Shown: positions 46,767 through 56,023 of the stretch, piece by piece | How positions within the stretch are numbered: position 1 is the stretch's first letter | Layout of the letters: the number at the start of each line of letters is the position of its first letter | Program-made: the position numbers and the translations under genes | Origin: a phage | Length of the DNA: 64,000 nt | Reading direction: 5' to 3' (one strand) | Sequence record: OZ346212.1 | Notes under the pieces: generated by a model | The model's input: the letters and a program-made list of their open reading frames with translations, nothing else | Database searches by the model: none | What the model was told of the DNA's origin: nothing

Positions 46767-47577
46767 ACCTAGTCTCCAAAATGTATTGTAGTTCTTTCTT
46801 ACCTATACTCTTCATTCCGGCAGTCTTACCTGCTTCTTCTTGAAAAGAAGAATAGCATTCAGCAAACACTCTGTCAACACCGTCAACTAAAGATTTTATG
46901 AAATATGTTGATTCTTCAGATTTTGGGTCATCCTCCCCCAATACTTTTCCAGCATTATACCCAACACGTCTTACACAGAAGTCGTAGTCATCTGGAGTGC
47001 TAAAAGAAAATAACTTATTCTCCCCAATCTCTACAGGATCCCTGTTGCACGCCTTTTTCTCCCAAATTTGGAAAACACACGGCACGTCATAAGGTTTGCC
47101 ATTAAGTAGAAACGAGTTCTTAGGGCACCTTTCACTGTAGACAAGGTGCATCGACATGTCCAGTTTGTTTGCAAAAAATATTTTTTCAAATGTCCGTGGC
47201 AAGATGAAGGCTATAGCCCCTCCAAGCTCTAGCAATGATGCACAATGGTTAAAGAATTTGCAAGCTAAAGATGAATTCTTGCCAAATGGTGGGTTACCTA
47301 TGAAGACATCTGCCTTGGGATGCACCTCCAAGAAGTTTGCCTGAATGCACGGTGTTGGTCCTTCAAATTCAGGATCTGGTACTAGATCGTAAGACAGTAT
47401 CTCTGAAAATAGTTTTGAAAAAGAACCCCTTCCAGCAGAAGGCTCAACGTATGCACAATTTCCATACTTATCTTTTACTTTACCAACAAGATATTCTGCA
47501 TACTCAGGGTTTGTGTAATATTTGTCGTTGGACTCTTTCTTGCTCAAAGTGCCTCCAAAAGGAAAAGGGAGGCGCAA
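46729..47577 (-). CDS. putative adenine-specific DNA methyltransferase
   Basis: AdoMet-binding-like PSAGRGSFSKLF and catalytic DVFIGNPPFG. Confidence 0.5.
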   Translation of the reverse strand: MRLPFPFGGTLSKKESNDKYYTNPEYAEYLVGKVKDKYGNCAYVEPSAGRGSFSKLFSEILSYDLVPDPEFEGPTPCIQANFLEVHPKADVFIGNPPFGKNSSLACKFFNHCASLLELGGAIAFILPRTFEKIFFANKLDMSMHLVYSERCPKNSFLLNGKPYDVPCVFQIWEKKACNRDPVEIGENKLFSFSTPDDYDFCVRRVGYNAGKVLGEDDPKSEESTYFIKSLVDGVDRVFAECYSSFQEEAGKTAGMKSIGKKELQYILETRYDQKHRLDQRTY

Positions 47578-47593
47578 GCCTCCCTATACTTGA

Positions 47594-48583
47594 TTAGATT
47601 ATCTGAATCAGGGTGTTTTTCATTTCTTCTCTGGTACGGATGTTGTTACGGTCACGAACAACAGATCCACAACCTTCGCAGCGATATGTTTTAAATGCAC
47701 TCAGTTGAGTATACGCCAAAGCTTCTTCCTCGTGAAGGTGTTCTCCACCGCAGCGTGGGCAACGAACTTTTGGCTCCTCATCCTGGTAGTACAATGACAT
47801 ATTGGGGTGCTGCTTAGCAAACGGGCGTGCCAGCAAATACAGGCCTTCCAGAGATAGGATATCACCAACATTGTACTCCCGCATCTGTTTAAACGCCTCA
47901 AGATCACCATGAACACACTTGATCCACATTTCAAATGTGTGGTCAATCAGTTTCTGTCGGGCAAGTTGGAAGTATTTGCATGCATACTCCAAAGTGTTTG
48001 CATTCAAACGGAATGCCTTCTTGATCATTTTAAGGGTGTCAACCTCTTTGTATGGGCTTGTTGGAGGCAACCCGTGAAATGCAAATCGTTGGTTTGCCCA
48101 CCCACAGTCAAAACCTGAATTGTGGGCTACTGCGACATCACATTTATCCAGATAATACCACAAGTCCTGAATCAATTCGAGGTCATTGTGAATATCCTCA
48201 TCCCACATTTTGTAATCGGGAAGAGCGCAGTCAACCACACTAGGACTGTCTAACCACTTACCTGCGAAAGTTAGCATATAGGGCATAATTTCAATACCGC
48301 AGGTTTGAATGTTGGTCTTATAGTGCCCAAAGAACCAGCCGTTTGTTGGTGATGTTTCTGTATCATACACCCAAACTTTAGCTCCTTTGTGTTCTTCAAG
48401 GAAGCGCTCAGTTGCTTCTCCTACAATCTCTGACATATTCTCTTGTGCACGTTTAAGCTGTAGTCGGATCCAACTCTCACGTGACTCACGGCCTAAAAAT
48501 TCACGAGCAATTTGTCTATTAGTGTATCCCTGCTGCTTTAGTGTTAAAATTTGCTCAAGAGTTAACTTTGTCATCATCGTCAA
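47594..48583 (-). CDS. DnaQ-like 3'-5' exonuclease with N-terminal HTH and C-terminal zinc ribbon
   Basis: Exo motifs VWVYDTET and VAHNSGFD; CPRCGG...CEGCG. Confidence 0.5.
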   Translation of the reverse strand: MTMMTKLTLEQILTLKQQGYTNRQIAREFLGRESRESWIRLQLKRAQENMSEIVGEATERFLEEHKGAKVWVYDTETSPTNGWFFGHYKTNIQTCGIEIMPYMLTFAGKWLDSPSVVDCALPDYKMWDEDIHNDLELIQDLWYYLDKCDVAVAHNSGFDCGWANQRFAFHGLPPTSPYKEVDTLKMIKKAFRLNANTLEYACKYFQLARQKLIDHTFEMWIKCVHGDLEAFKQMREYNVGDILSLEGLYLLARPFAKQHPNMSLYYQDEEPKVRCPRCGGEHLHEEEALAYTQLSAFKTYRCEGCGSVVRDRNNIRTREEMKNTLIQII

Positions 48584-48589
48584 AATTCC

Positions 48590-48811
48590 TTAGTAAAACT
48601 GAAGAATGTCTTTTAAAGCGAAGTCACGATATTCGCCCTTGTCTACATCAAAGGCATGCATCAACCACTGCTCTTCTTTATGATACTCTGTAGAGCCAAA
48701 CCATAAATTAGGCTCAGTAACGCAGCGATCTGCAACAACACCTTTCCAGTTACGGTATTTCATCCTGATCAGGACTGAGTCGCAAGGATTGAATACCTTT
48801 TTCATCCCCAT
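48590..48811 (-). CDS. hypothetical protein (73 aa)
   Basis: Track ORF. Confidence 0.45.
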   Translation of the reverse strand: MGMKKVFNPCDSVLIRMKYRNWKGVVADRCVTEPNLWFGSTEYHKEEQWLMHAFDVDKGEYRDFALKDILQFY

Positions 48812-49355
48812 AGAAATCTCTCTCCTCAGTTTTCTTTATAAACTCCTGCATGTAGGACTCAATAGCCTCATGCTTGGTGCACTCTGGATTAATGACAAGA
48901 TTGAGATCTGATTCTGCTCGTGCAATAATCGTAGCTTTAGAGCATCTCCTCAAGAACTTTGTCATATCATCTCTGTAGTTTTTGTGGAGCGGGAAGTCGC
49001 TGTAGTCTTTCTCCAGATAGTCAGCCATCCGGCGCAACGCCTCTGATAAACTGCAATCTGTATACTCGTTACAGTATTTCATCCAGTATTTAAGCACATA
49101 CCCCTCAAAGGTATTAGTGCACTGAGACAAAACACCCCTGCAACGACCAGTCAGATGATCATGATCTAAACAAGGCTTACGAAGTGGCTCGCACAAGATC
49201 GGATCAAGACCATCCTGCTCCTCTGACAATTCTTTTCGAAAGTTGGCTATGTCCTTAGAATCTTTTAGCCACCCGCTATGAACGGGGGCTTTGACAGCTT
49301 TCTTTCTTATTTTACGCTTTGCGATAACCCCTCCAGATGCGCCCTGCCTATCCAA
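48750..49355 (-). CDS. endonuclease VII-like recombination endonuclease (T4 gp49-like)
   Basis: CLDHDHLTGRCRGVLSQCTNTFEG parallels T4 EndoVII NHLDHDHELNG...VRGLLCNLCNAAEG. Confidence 0.65.
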   Translation of the reverse strand: MDRQGASGGVIAKRKIRKKAVKAPVHSGWLKDSKDIANFRKELSEEQDGLDPILCEPLRKPCLDHDHLTGRCRGVLSQCTNTFEGYVLKYWMKYCNEYTDCSLSEALRRMADYLEKDYSDFPLHKNYRDDMTKFLRRCSKATIIARAESDLNLVINPECTKHEAIESYMQEFIKKTEERDFYGDEKGIQSLRLSPDQDEIP

Positions 49356-49936
49356 TAAGCATCTGCGAGATCGGCCTTACCTTGTACCAAATTGATCCCA
49401 TCTAGGAACCCAGGTTCAGATACTTCGCAGGCCTTAACCATCAACTTTTTATCCATCGTAACAGGTTTCTTCACAGTATGCTCTTTACCTGTCTTTTTGT
49501 CAAGCTTTTTCTTCTCCTCAAAAGCAAGTTCCTCAGGAAGATGACTACGAGCAAACTTTTTGGCAGTTGTTGGTGTCACAGTGTGGACCTTAAACAGGCC
49601 GTCATTTTCACAATCAGCTAAAGCATCCCAAAGCATAACTTCAAGACCGTAAAACAACCCAGCCAGTTCGCGTGTGGCATCCCCGCGTGATCCAAAGGAA
49701 AGCCCTTCCATAACCACGGTGTCAACGCCGTGCGTGTGGATGTAATATCTGACCTGTTTGCAGATCCAGTCAATACGCTCAGCAGCTGTTGCAAAAGAAA
49801 CCGTCCCTGGTTTCTTCTCTTTTGCAGATGAGCTTTGAGTTCGTAACACAACCTTATGAACAGGCTTTCCATCGTCCCATACAACGCAAGCTGTGTGTGT
49901 CAACGACTGGTCTATGGATAATAGACGCTCTCTCAT
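49307..49936 (-). CDS. putative RuvC-like (RNase H-fold) nuclease
   Basis: LLSIDQSLTHTACVVW, VVMEGLSFGSRGD and DLADAYWIG resemble RuvC-family catalytic segments. Confidence 0.4.
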   Translation of the reverse strand: MRERLLSIDQSLTHTACVVWDDGKPVHKVVLRTQSSSAKEKKPGTVSFATAAERIDWICKQVRYYIHTHGVDTVVMEGLSFGSRGDATRELAGLFYGLEVMLWDALADCENDGLFKVHTVTPTTAKKFARSHLPEELAFEEKKKLDKKTGKEHTVKKPVTMDKKLMVKACEVSEPGFLDGINLVQGKADLADAYWIGRAHLEGLSQSVK

Positions 49937-50265
49937 GCTTCCTCGTCCTCCTCTCCTTCATCAGGAGCATAAGCCTTATCTTTGAACAAGACGAGAGAGC
50001 AAAGCTTAACATCTGTTTCCACACTGGTGAACATGCATAACCGCTCGCCCTCAATCAGCTCACAATCCTCTTTTAAAACAGCAGACCATACACGGTCATC
50101 TGCGTAATCATCCGTGTACAGGATGTATGAAATGGTGTCATCTTCATACAACCGCCACATACCTGTGGCAACAACGAATGTATTTTTTGTTTTAAGTGTC
50201 CCTGTTGTGTGATCATCCTCAAAAACAGCTTCCATAATTGCGTTATCTACAGCATTTTTAGTCAT
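49933..50265 (-). CDS. hypothetical protein (110 aa)
   Basis: Track ORF. Confidence 0.5.
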   Translation of the reverse strand: MTKNAVDNAIMEAVFEDDHTTGTLKTKNTFVVATGMWRLYEDDTISYILYTDDYADDRVWSAVLKEDCELIEGERLCMFTSVETDVKLCSLVLFKDKAYAPDEGEEDEEA

Positions 50266-51404
50266 CAGATTGCTCCAACATTTCTAAGAACGTTAACAAG
50301 TTTTGTCTGGTCATTAAATGTCCGCTTCATATACAAACAGTCAAAAATTATACTCATCCATTGACCTACGGAAATTCTACGATCAATACCATTGAAGTCA
50401 GTATACTTAACAACACCTTTCGGGAACCACTTCTTGTACTGATCAATAATAGCCACCCACATCTCCTTTGGAGTGCTGCACTGAGACAGTAGGTAGAATG
50501 CTGAGGCATCCCCGAACTTACCCTTACCGATAAGTCCTTGATACGGCTTGATGTTGTCAGCAGAGTCACCACACAGCATTTGGTATCCGAAGAACAGCAT
50601 CCCGTAACCGCCAACCTCTCCATTGGGCTTCATGAAGATGTTCCCCATACCGTTATCGATCAGCATAGGGGTTTCCCTTACAAAATCTCCCTTATCGTTT
50701 CGCATGGGATCGAACACAAGCCCCGGTAGTGTTCTTTGGTCCTTATCAATAGAGATAATAAACTTGTTGAACTTACCTGTTTTTTGGTAGTGGTTCCAAC
50801 CTTCAAATTGCTGGATAGCTAACCAGTCGTCAGCCTCGATACCGTTGATCACTTGAGCATTATACTGCTTTTGGAGATACTGTCTTGCATCTCCAAGCAG
50901 CAGTGGTCGAAGAGTATTGTTACGGTTGGCTTTATATCTTTCCGGCATGGGAAGATCTAGTCTGAAATTACCTGTGCCTCCAAGTACCCCCACGCACCGA
51001 TCTTCCGGAATACCGAGATAATTAAGGACTGCATTAGCTTTACACTTAATTGTGTGCAAGCAGTTCTCTACAGGATCAGGGGTTTGGATATCCAAGACAT
51101 CGAAATCTTCTCGTGTCCACGGAATAAACTCCTTGCCAGCCTTTTTACATGCAGCTTCACGGTTGGTATTCTCAGCTTTTAACCAACCACCAACGGTGTT
51201 CTTCTGCCGCCCCCAGAACTCTGTTCGTGTTTTAAACATCTTCTTACGTCCGGAGGCTTTGTGTGTTACCTCAATTGTCCTTTTTTCACAACTTGCTGCA
51301 GCTTGATATGCAACCTGATCGAAGTCATAATAAACTATAGCGTCAGGTTCAAGAAGATCAGCCAGACAATCTATGGACTCAATAAGTGGATATTCTCTAC
51401 TCAA
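50265..51404 (-). CDS. 5'-3' exonuclease, T7 gp6-like (FEN family)
   Basis: YKANRNN, GIEADDWLA and IISIDKDQRTLP parallel T7 gp6 YKANRKA, EGDDVMG and IISCDKDFKTIP. Confidence 0.6.
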   Translation of the reverse strand: MSREYPLIESIDCLADLLEPDAIVYYDFDQVAYQAAASCEKRTIEVTHKASGRKKMFKTRTEFWGRQKNTVGGWLKAENTNREAACKKAGKEFIPWTREDFDVLDIQTPDPVENCLHTIKCKANAVLNYLGIPEDRCVGVLGGTGNFRLDLPMPERYKANRNNTLRPLLLGDARQYLQKQYNAQVINGIEADDWLAIQQFEGWNHYQKTGKFNKFIISIDKDQRTLPGLVFDPMRNDKGDFVRETPMLIDNGMGNIFMKPNGEVGGYGMLFFGYQMLCGDSADNIKPYQGLIGKGKFGDASAFYLLSQCSTPKEMWVAIIDQYKKWFPKGVVKYTDFNGIDRRISVGQWMSIIFDCLYMKRTFNDQTKLVNVLRNVGAI

Positions 51405-51705
51405 AGACCCTCCTGTTAGTTATTCTGCAAGATGGTTGGATGCTGTAATGGAATGCATCATCACTCTCTGCAATAAGTGACTCAACATCCCAATACTTTT
51501 CAAAAAGGAACGGATTAGACCCCCAGTGGTGGGTTATTTTCATCAAGGAGTCTGGTATCATATAACCACAGATCTTAATTACATCGCCAGGTTGAATTGT
51601 GTTTTCATGAAGGTTGCTTGCCTTCTTCAGAATCATACCTTTATGATTCTCGTTTGCATACAACTGGACAATATCTTTATCTTCAACAATAAAAATTTTA
51701 AGCAT
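51397..51705 (-). CDS. hypothetical protein (102 aa)
   Basis: Track ORF. Confidence 0.5.
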   Translation of the reverse strand: MLKIFIVEDKDIVQLYANENHKGMILKKASNLHENTIQPGDVIKICGYMIPDSLMKITHHWGSNPFLFEKYWDVESLIAESDDAFHYSIQPSCRITNRRVFE

Positions 51706-51764
51706 ATCTAGTTCTCCTAGTTTATAGATATCTGACCGATAATATCAGATTAATAACACTTTTG

Positions 51765-52058
51765 TCAAGACTTTTTAGTCTTTCTTGGAGAGCTTTTTGT
51801 TGATCTTTTCCTTTTGTGGTAGATTCCAAGTGCAGCGTTTTCTTGGGCGCACGTTTTAACAGTTCTCAGAGAAGAACTTTCAGCTTTAGGCAGGTTTAAC
51901 TCCCACCAACCGAGCCAGTAAAGTTCTGATTCCGACAGCTGCTCAGATTCAGCCTTCCGATACAATGATTGCATACCTCTAATGATGTCGTCCAGAGGTG
52001 TATCGAATACAAAAGCTGTCTTATCGAATTTCTCTTTTACAGGTCTCTTAGCCATCAA
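51765..52058 (-). CDS. hypothetical protein with basic C-terminus (97 aa)
   Basis: Track ORF; ...HKRKRSTKSSPRKTKKS. Confidence 0.5.
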   Translation of the reverse strand: MMAKRPVKEKFDKTAFVFDTPLDDIIRGMQSLYRKAESEQLSESELYWLGWWELNLPKAESSSLRTVKTCAQENAALGIYHKRKRSTKSSPRKTKKS

Positions 52059-52563
52059 GGTAACCCTCTATCCACGAAAAGTCAGTCTTCCATTCTGGAA
52101 CTTTACTAAGCTCACGCCACTCTGCAAAGCAGTCTCGGTAATACGCCTCTGCCATACTCTTGGTGATCTTATTCACCTTAGCCAACTGATTAACTGCCTG
52201 AGCATACTTTCCACGGATATTTGCTAACCCAGGATGCACCGATGTGTGACAATCCGGGCACAGTGCTATCAGTCCGACAAGCCGGATCACTCCCTCTTCG
52301 AAAGTGTAAAGTTCATGACACTCCACTGGGTGTTTGCTGCCTTTACCGCCGCACACCTCACAAGTGTAGTTGGCTTCTCTATAGCACTTCTTACGTATCT
52401 TATCCCACTCACTCTTCTTCACAGCGTTTCGGAGGTTATTATACCAAGCTGTTTCTGGGATCAGTTGCACAATAAGCCTGCGTTCAGACTTCATTAAACG
52501 TCCGTCTTCCACGTGTTCTCCCTCATTCAAAGAAATGGGTGCGAGGGCAGGAACCTGCCTCAC
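52048..52563 (-). CDS. HNH endonuclease (free-standing)
   Basis: CEVCGGKGS...HPVECHELY...CPDCH zinc/HNH motif pattern. Confidence 0.6.
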   Translation of the reverse strand: MRQVPALAPISLNEGEHVEDGRLMKSERRLIVQLIPETAWYNNLRNAVKKSEWDKIRKKCYREANYTCEVCGGKGSKHPVECHELYTFEEGVIRLVGLIALCPDCHTSVHPGLANIRGKYAQAVNQLAKVNKITKSMAEAYYRDCFAEWRELSKVPEWKTDFSWIEGYLDG

Positions 52564-52729
52564 CTTGTTTCACAAGCTCGTAGAGCTCACCTTGACTTGT
52601 CTCATAAAGGCAAATACGTTTACCATTGTCCCGATATACATCGACAAGATACGCTGTTTCACCTGCAAACACGACACCACAGGCCAGACATGCTACCATG
52701 AACAAAATTGCCAATAGAAAATCTTTCAT
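52523..52729 (-). CDS. small secreted or membrane protein (68 aa)
   Basis: N-terminal LLAILFMVACLACGVVFA signal-like segment, directly downstream of lysozyme. Confidence 0.45.
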   Translation of the reverse strand: MKDFLLAILFMVACLACGVVFAGETAYLVDVYRDNGKRICLYETSQGELYELVKQGEAGSCPRTHFFE

Positions 52730-52792
52730 GGTTAAGCCCTCCTAAACATTTTATGAGGTAACAATACCACGTCCGTGTGGTTATGTCAATGA

Positions 52793-53263
52793 TCAATCAA
52801 GGACAACACCGCCTGCCTTTTTAAACACCTCGATCAACTTCTCGATCTTCTGTTCATGCTGACCATATCCAGCACCAGGTAACGAAGCCCAGCGGGAACG
52901 GCATTTATGGATAGCCTCGTGGATACGCCCTTCGTCAATGTCGGCGAGAGCCTTGCACTCACGGATCAGTTGCAACGCAATCTTGTCCTGACTGGCGGGG
53001 CCAAAATCTGGCAATCCTAACTGTTCCATGTAGTGTTTAGCAAACTTCTCCAAAACCTGGTAACGACCAGCAGCGGAGGAGGTAAGTTTAGCATTTAGCT
53101 TAACGTACACACCTGGATGCTTGCTGTAATCGCTAAACAGCTTGCCACCAACTATGACATCGTATCCCCGATCCTTAGTGGGTTGCCTACCATTATCTGT
53201 GCCTTCCGAATATGCGATCATGTCCAAGAAAGCTTTTCGTTGAACATTTTTATCAAGTTTCAT
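52793..53263 (-). CDS. lysozyme / lytic transglycosylase, lambda R-like endolysin
   Basis: QRKAFLDMIAYSEGTDNGRQ...GYDVIVGG...WASLPGAGYGQHE collinear with lambda R QRKAFLDMLAWSEGTDNGRQ... Confidence 0.85.
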   Translation of the reverse strand: MKLDKNVQRKAFLDMIAYSEGTDNGRQPTKDRGYDVIVGGKLFSDYSKHPGVYVKLNAKLTSSAAGRYQVLEKFAKHYMEQLGLPDFGPASQDKIALQLIRECKALADIDEGRIHEAIHKCRSRWASLPGAGYGQHEQKIEKLIEVFKKAGGVVLD

Positions 53264-53386
53264 TTTTCATACTCTCCAGTTTACTCATAACTAACACGAT
53301 CAACAACACTACACAGTGTGGTTATGTAGGTGCCGATTGAAAACCATCATTCAATTGGCTACCGTTACCTACTGAACCTTCCTACA

Positions 53387-54670
53387 TCATTCAAGCACCT
53401 CCCAAGTGTCTGGGTTAACATTTCGGACGCAGATACCGACAGGGAATTGGTAATTGTTGTCTTCTGTCCTTGCTTGGTATTTGAAGGTGACAAACTTGCC
53501 GATCATTTCCTGCATCCTGTCATAGCTACGCTCCTCGTGCGTGCCTTTCATCTTCATTTTAACAACAACACCTTCCTTGTCAACACAGATAAGAACACCT
53601 TCATCATTCTTATCTTTCTCAACGTCAATAACTTTCACCTCTGCGTCGTTGAACTTTTTCCATTTCAATGCTTCAGATGTTCGCTGACCATACTCATATT
53701 TACCGCAGAAATTACGCATGATAGTACCTTCATATCCTTCGGACATGAATATACCAACAGATTCTTCGCAATGATCAACTGTGTACGCAAGCTCTGCGTC
53801 AACAACCTTGATATGATCAAGCATCAGAGTGGTAACGGTATCCTCTGCATCCATAAGATCCTTGCAGCGTCCAGACTCTGTTTCTGGATCCCACCACACC
53901 TTGTCGCTAGGAATATCAAAAATGTGATACTCCAGATCGTAGCTACAGTATCCACCGTAACGCAAATCATCACGAACAGGCTCAACATCGACAGGAATAT
54001 CTACCTTGTTGAAGTTTTTGTATGTTGATAAGCCTGCCTTAATTGCTGCATGACGGCGTTTTTTATCTGCCTCATAGTCTTTATCGATCTCGGCCTGAAT
54101 CTCTTCCTGTGTGCGCCACCGTTTAGCAAGAGACACTATTTTCTGCAAAGGAAGACCATGAATGTATAGTTCCCCATCAAGTTGTTTAATCCCAGTGGTA
54201 GAATGGAAAGAACGAAGTTGCTCTAAAAGCTTTCCTTGAATAGGGTAGGACTTATTACCACGGGAAATAAATTTAGGCTCACCATTTTGGAAAACAACAA
54301 GCAGACGAAGGCCATCTAACTTACGCAAGATCCAGCAAGGTAATTTAAGTGCCTTGCCACGCTTCAGGTAGTCATGCACCAGCATAGGTAAAAGATCAAC
54401 ACCCTGCTCGCAATCTTCCATGTTTTCAACATACCCCAGACGGACTTGTTTTTCCCACTTGCTGATAGCCTCAAGCTCGGCCTGTTGCTCAGCTGTAGTC
54501 TCGTTGGCACGACCTACGTTTTTAGGTGTACATACCGTCTCTTTGTACTGCAATTTACCGTCAAGCTTGCCAAACTCTACGATAACCTTTTCGCCATCAG
54601 TGAATACTTTCCACTGTTGGTAGCTGCCATCTTTGTTCAGTGCGTACAGTGTTGTTTTGATTTGATGCAT
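53387..54670 (-). CDS. ATP-dependent DNA ligase
   Basis: Adenylation motif I RKLDGLR (KxDGxR). Confidence 0.7.
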   Translation of the reverse strand: MHQIKTTLYALNKDGSYQQWKVFTDGEKVIVEFGKLDGKLQYKETVCTPKNVGRANETTAEQQAELEAISKWEKQVRLGYVENMEDCEQGVDLLPMLVHDYLKRGKALKLPCWILRKLDGLRLLVVFQNGEPKFISRGNKSYPIQGKLLEQLRSFHSTTGIKQLDGELYIHGLPLQKIVSLAKRWRTQEEIQAEIDKDYEADKKRRHAAIKAGLSTYKNFNKVDIPVDVEPVRDDLRYGGYCSYDLEYHIFDIPSDKVWWDPETESGRCKDLMDAEDTVTTLMLDHIKVVDAELAYTVDHCEESVGIFMSEGYEGTIMRNFCGKYEYGQRTSEALKWKKFNDAEVKVIDVEKDKNDEGVLICVDKEGVVVKMKMKGTHEERSYDRMQEMIGKFVTFKYQARTEDNNYQFPVGICVRNVNPDTWEVLE

Positions 54671-54939
54671 TACTCGGCCTCTTCCTTAAAAATTTTAAAC
54701 ATCTCTTCTTTACTCATTACCAACCAGTCTCCCATAAAGTCAACTAACCAATCTCCCTGGTACAAAACCAAGTTGCCAAACGGCTCAACAAGCTCACACA
54801 TGCGACGAATATCTCTGGTCCGAACAGGTGACGATGTAAACACACCTGTATCAATCCACCGTTGCAGATCAGATACTGATGAAGAGCTTCCATCAAACTG
54901 GTGTGCTTCTACAGGTTTAGCAAGATTAAATAACGGCAT
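54670..54939 (-). CDS. hypothetical protein (89 aa)
   Basis: Track ORF; ATGA overlap. Confidence 0.5.
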   Translation of the reverse strand: MPLFNLAKPVEAHQFDGSSSSVSDLQRWIDTGVFTSSPVRTRDIRRMCELVEPFGNLVLYQGDWLVDFMGDWLVMSKEEMFKIFKEEAE

Positions 54940-55234
54940 TGCAGTCCTCCTTCTGTAGTAGGTCTTTTATAGGATAAACAAGTAAGTGTGGATCGGAATA
55001 ACGTATAGTCCTATTCTGCCACACTATGAACTTTATTACAACCAAATTTACAATATCTTTATCACCATGTAGCCCAACACACACATTTGTCCATATTTTG
55101 TGGTTGAAGATCTTGCTATCGATGTAGATTTTAGTGTCAAACTTATCTTCCATTCTACCTATAAGTTTGATCAGCTCCTTCATCTGGTCGCCAAACACAG
55201 CATCTTTTTCAAGATCTCTGGAATGCTTGTACAT
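54926..55234 (-). CDS. hypothetical protein (102 aa)
   Basis: Track ORF. Confidence 0.5.
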   Translation of the reverse strand: MYKHSRDLEKDAVFGDQMKELIKLIGRMEDKFDTKIYIDSKIFNHKIWTNVCVGLHGDKDIVNLVVIKFIVWQNRTIRYSDPHLLVYPIKDLLQKEDCNAVI

Positions 55235-55296
55235 AACTAACTACCTCACTGCATACTTTCCATAATAAGTAAAGCCGGGTAATCCCGGCTATGTTG

Positions 55297-56010
55297 TTAA
55301 ATATACTCTGTTACATCCTTGAAGCTCGAAGGCTTCATAATCTTACCTTTACTGTCAAGGAATATAATAACTTTATTACCGTTGTAGAACTCCTCTTTAG
55401 CAACGAAACCTTCGTAGCGACCACCAAAACGACGCTCAAGATCTTCAATCTCTAACTCTATGAGCAATTCAGTAGACATATCTGCACTGGCACCGTGAGA
55501 ATATCGTAGATGGTTGATCCGTGCAAACTTGCTGTCATTAGATTTGAGAACCTTCCGCATCATCCCACACACATCGCCGCGAAGCTGGAACAGCAAAGCT
55601 GTTGACAACTCCGCTAAGCGGTAAGCTGACGCTCTTTGCTTGGATGTGTTTTTCGCAGCGATCAGTGTATCATAGAACTCACCGATCTTGAACTTAAGAC
55701 CTCGTGGATTATCAAACAGGTTTGACCACTTTTCGTGATTATCATTAACAAGATAAGCGGCATAACTTGTGACAACGTGAAGATCGCAGGCCTCTTTTAG
55801 CAGGTGATCTCCACCATCACCTTTCTCCAGCTCTTCCAAAACCTCATTGAACTCTTCCTCAATGAAGCTAAGCTGTAATTCGAATGGTGTGTATGATTTT
55901 TTCACTTTAGCTGCCACACGGTTCCAGTTTTCCACCCAGTTGGCAGACCAAAGGTAGTTTTCAGGCTGAGACAGTTTTTCCAGGTTGTCGATCAGTTTAG
56001 TATTCAGCAT
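55297..56010 (-). CDS. hypothetical protein, possibly MazG-like NTP pyrophosphohydrolase
   Basis: EEEFNEVLEELEKGD...LKEACDLHVV reminiscent of MazG EExxE...EA...D pattern; weak. Confidence 0.3.
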   Translation of the reverse strand: MLNTKLIDNLEKLSQPENYLWSANWVENWNRVAAKVKKSYTPFELQLSFIEEEFNEVLEELEKGDGGDHLLKEACDLHVVTSYAAYLVNDNHEKWSNLFDNPRGLKFKIGEFYDTLIAAKNTSKQRASAYRLAELSTALLFQLRGDVCGMMRKVLKSNDSKFARINHLRYSHGASADMSTELLIELEIEDLERRFGGRYEGFVAKEEFYNGNKVIIFLDSKGKIMKPSSFKDVTEYI

Positions 56011-56023
56011 TAAAGGTCTCCTT

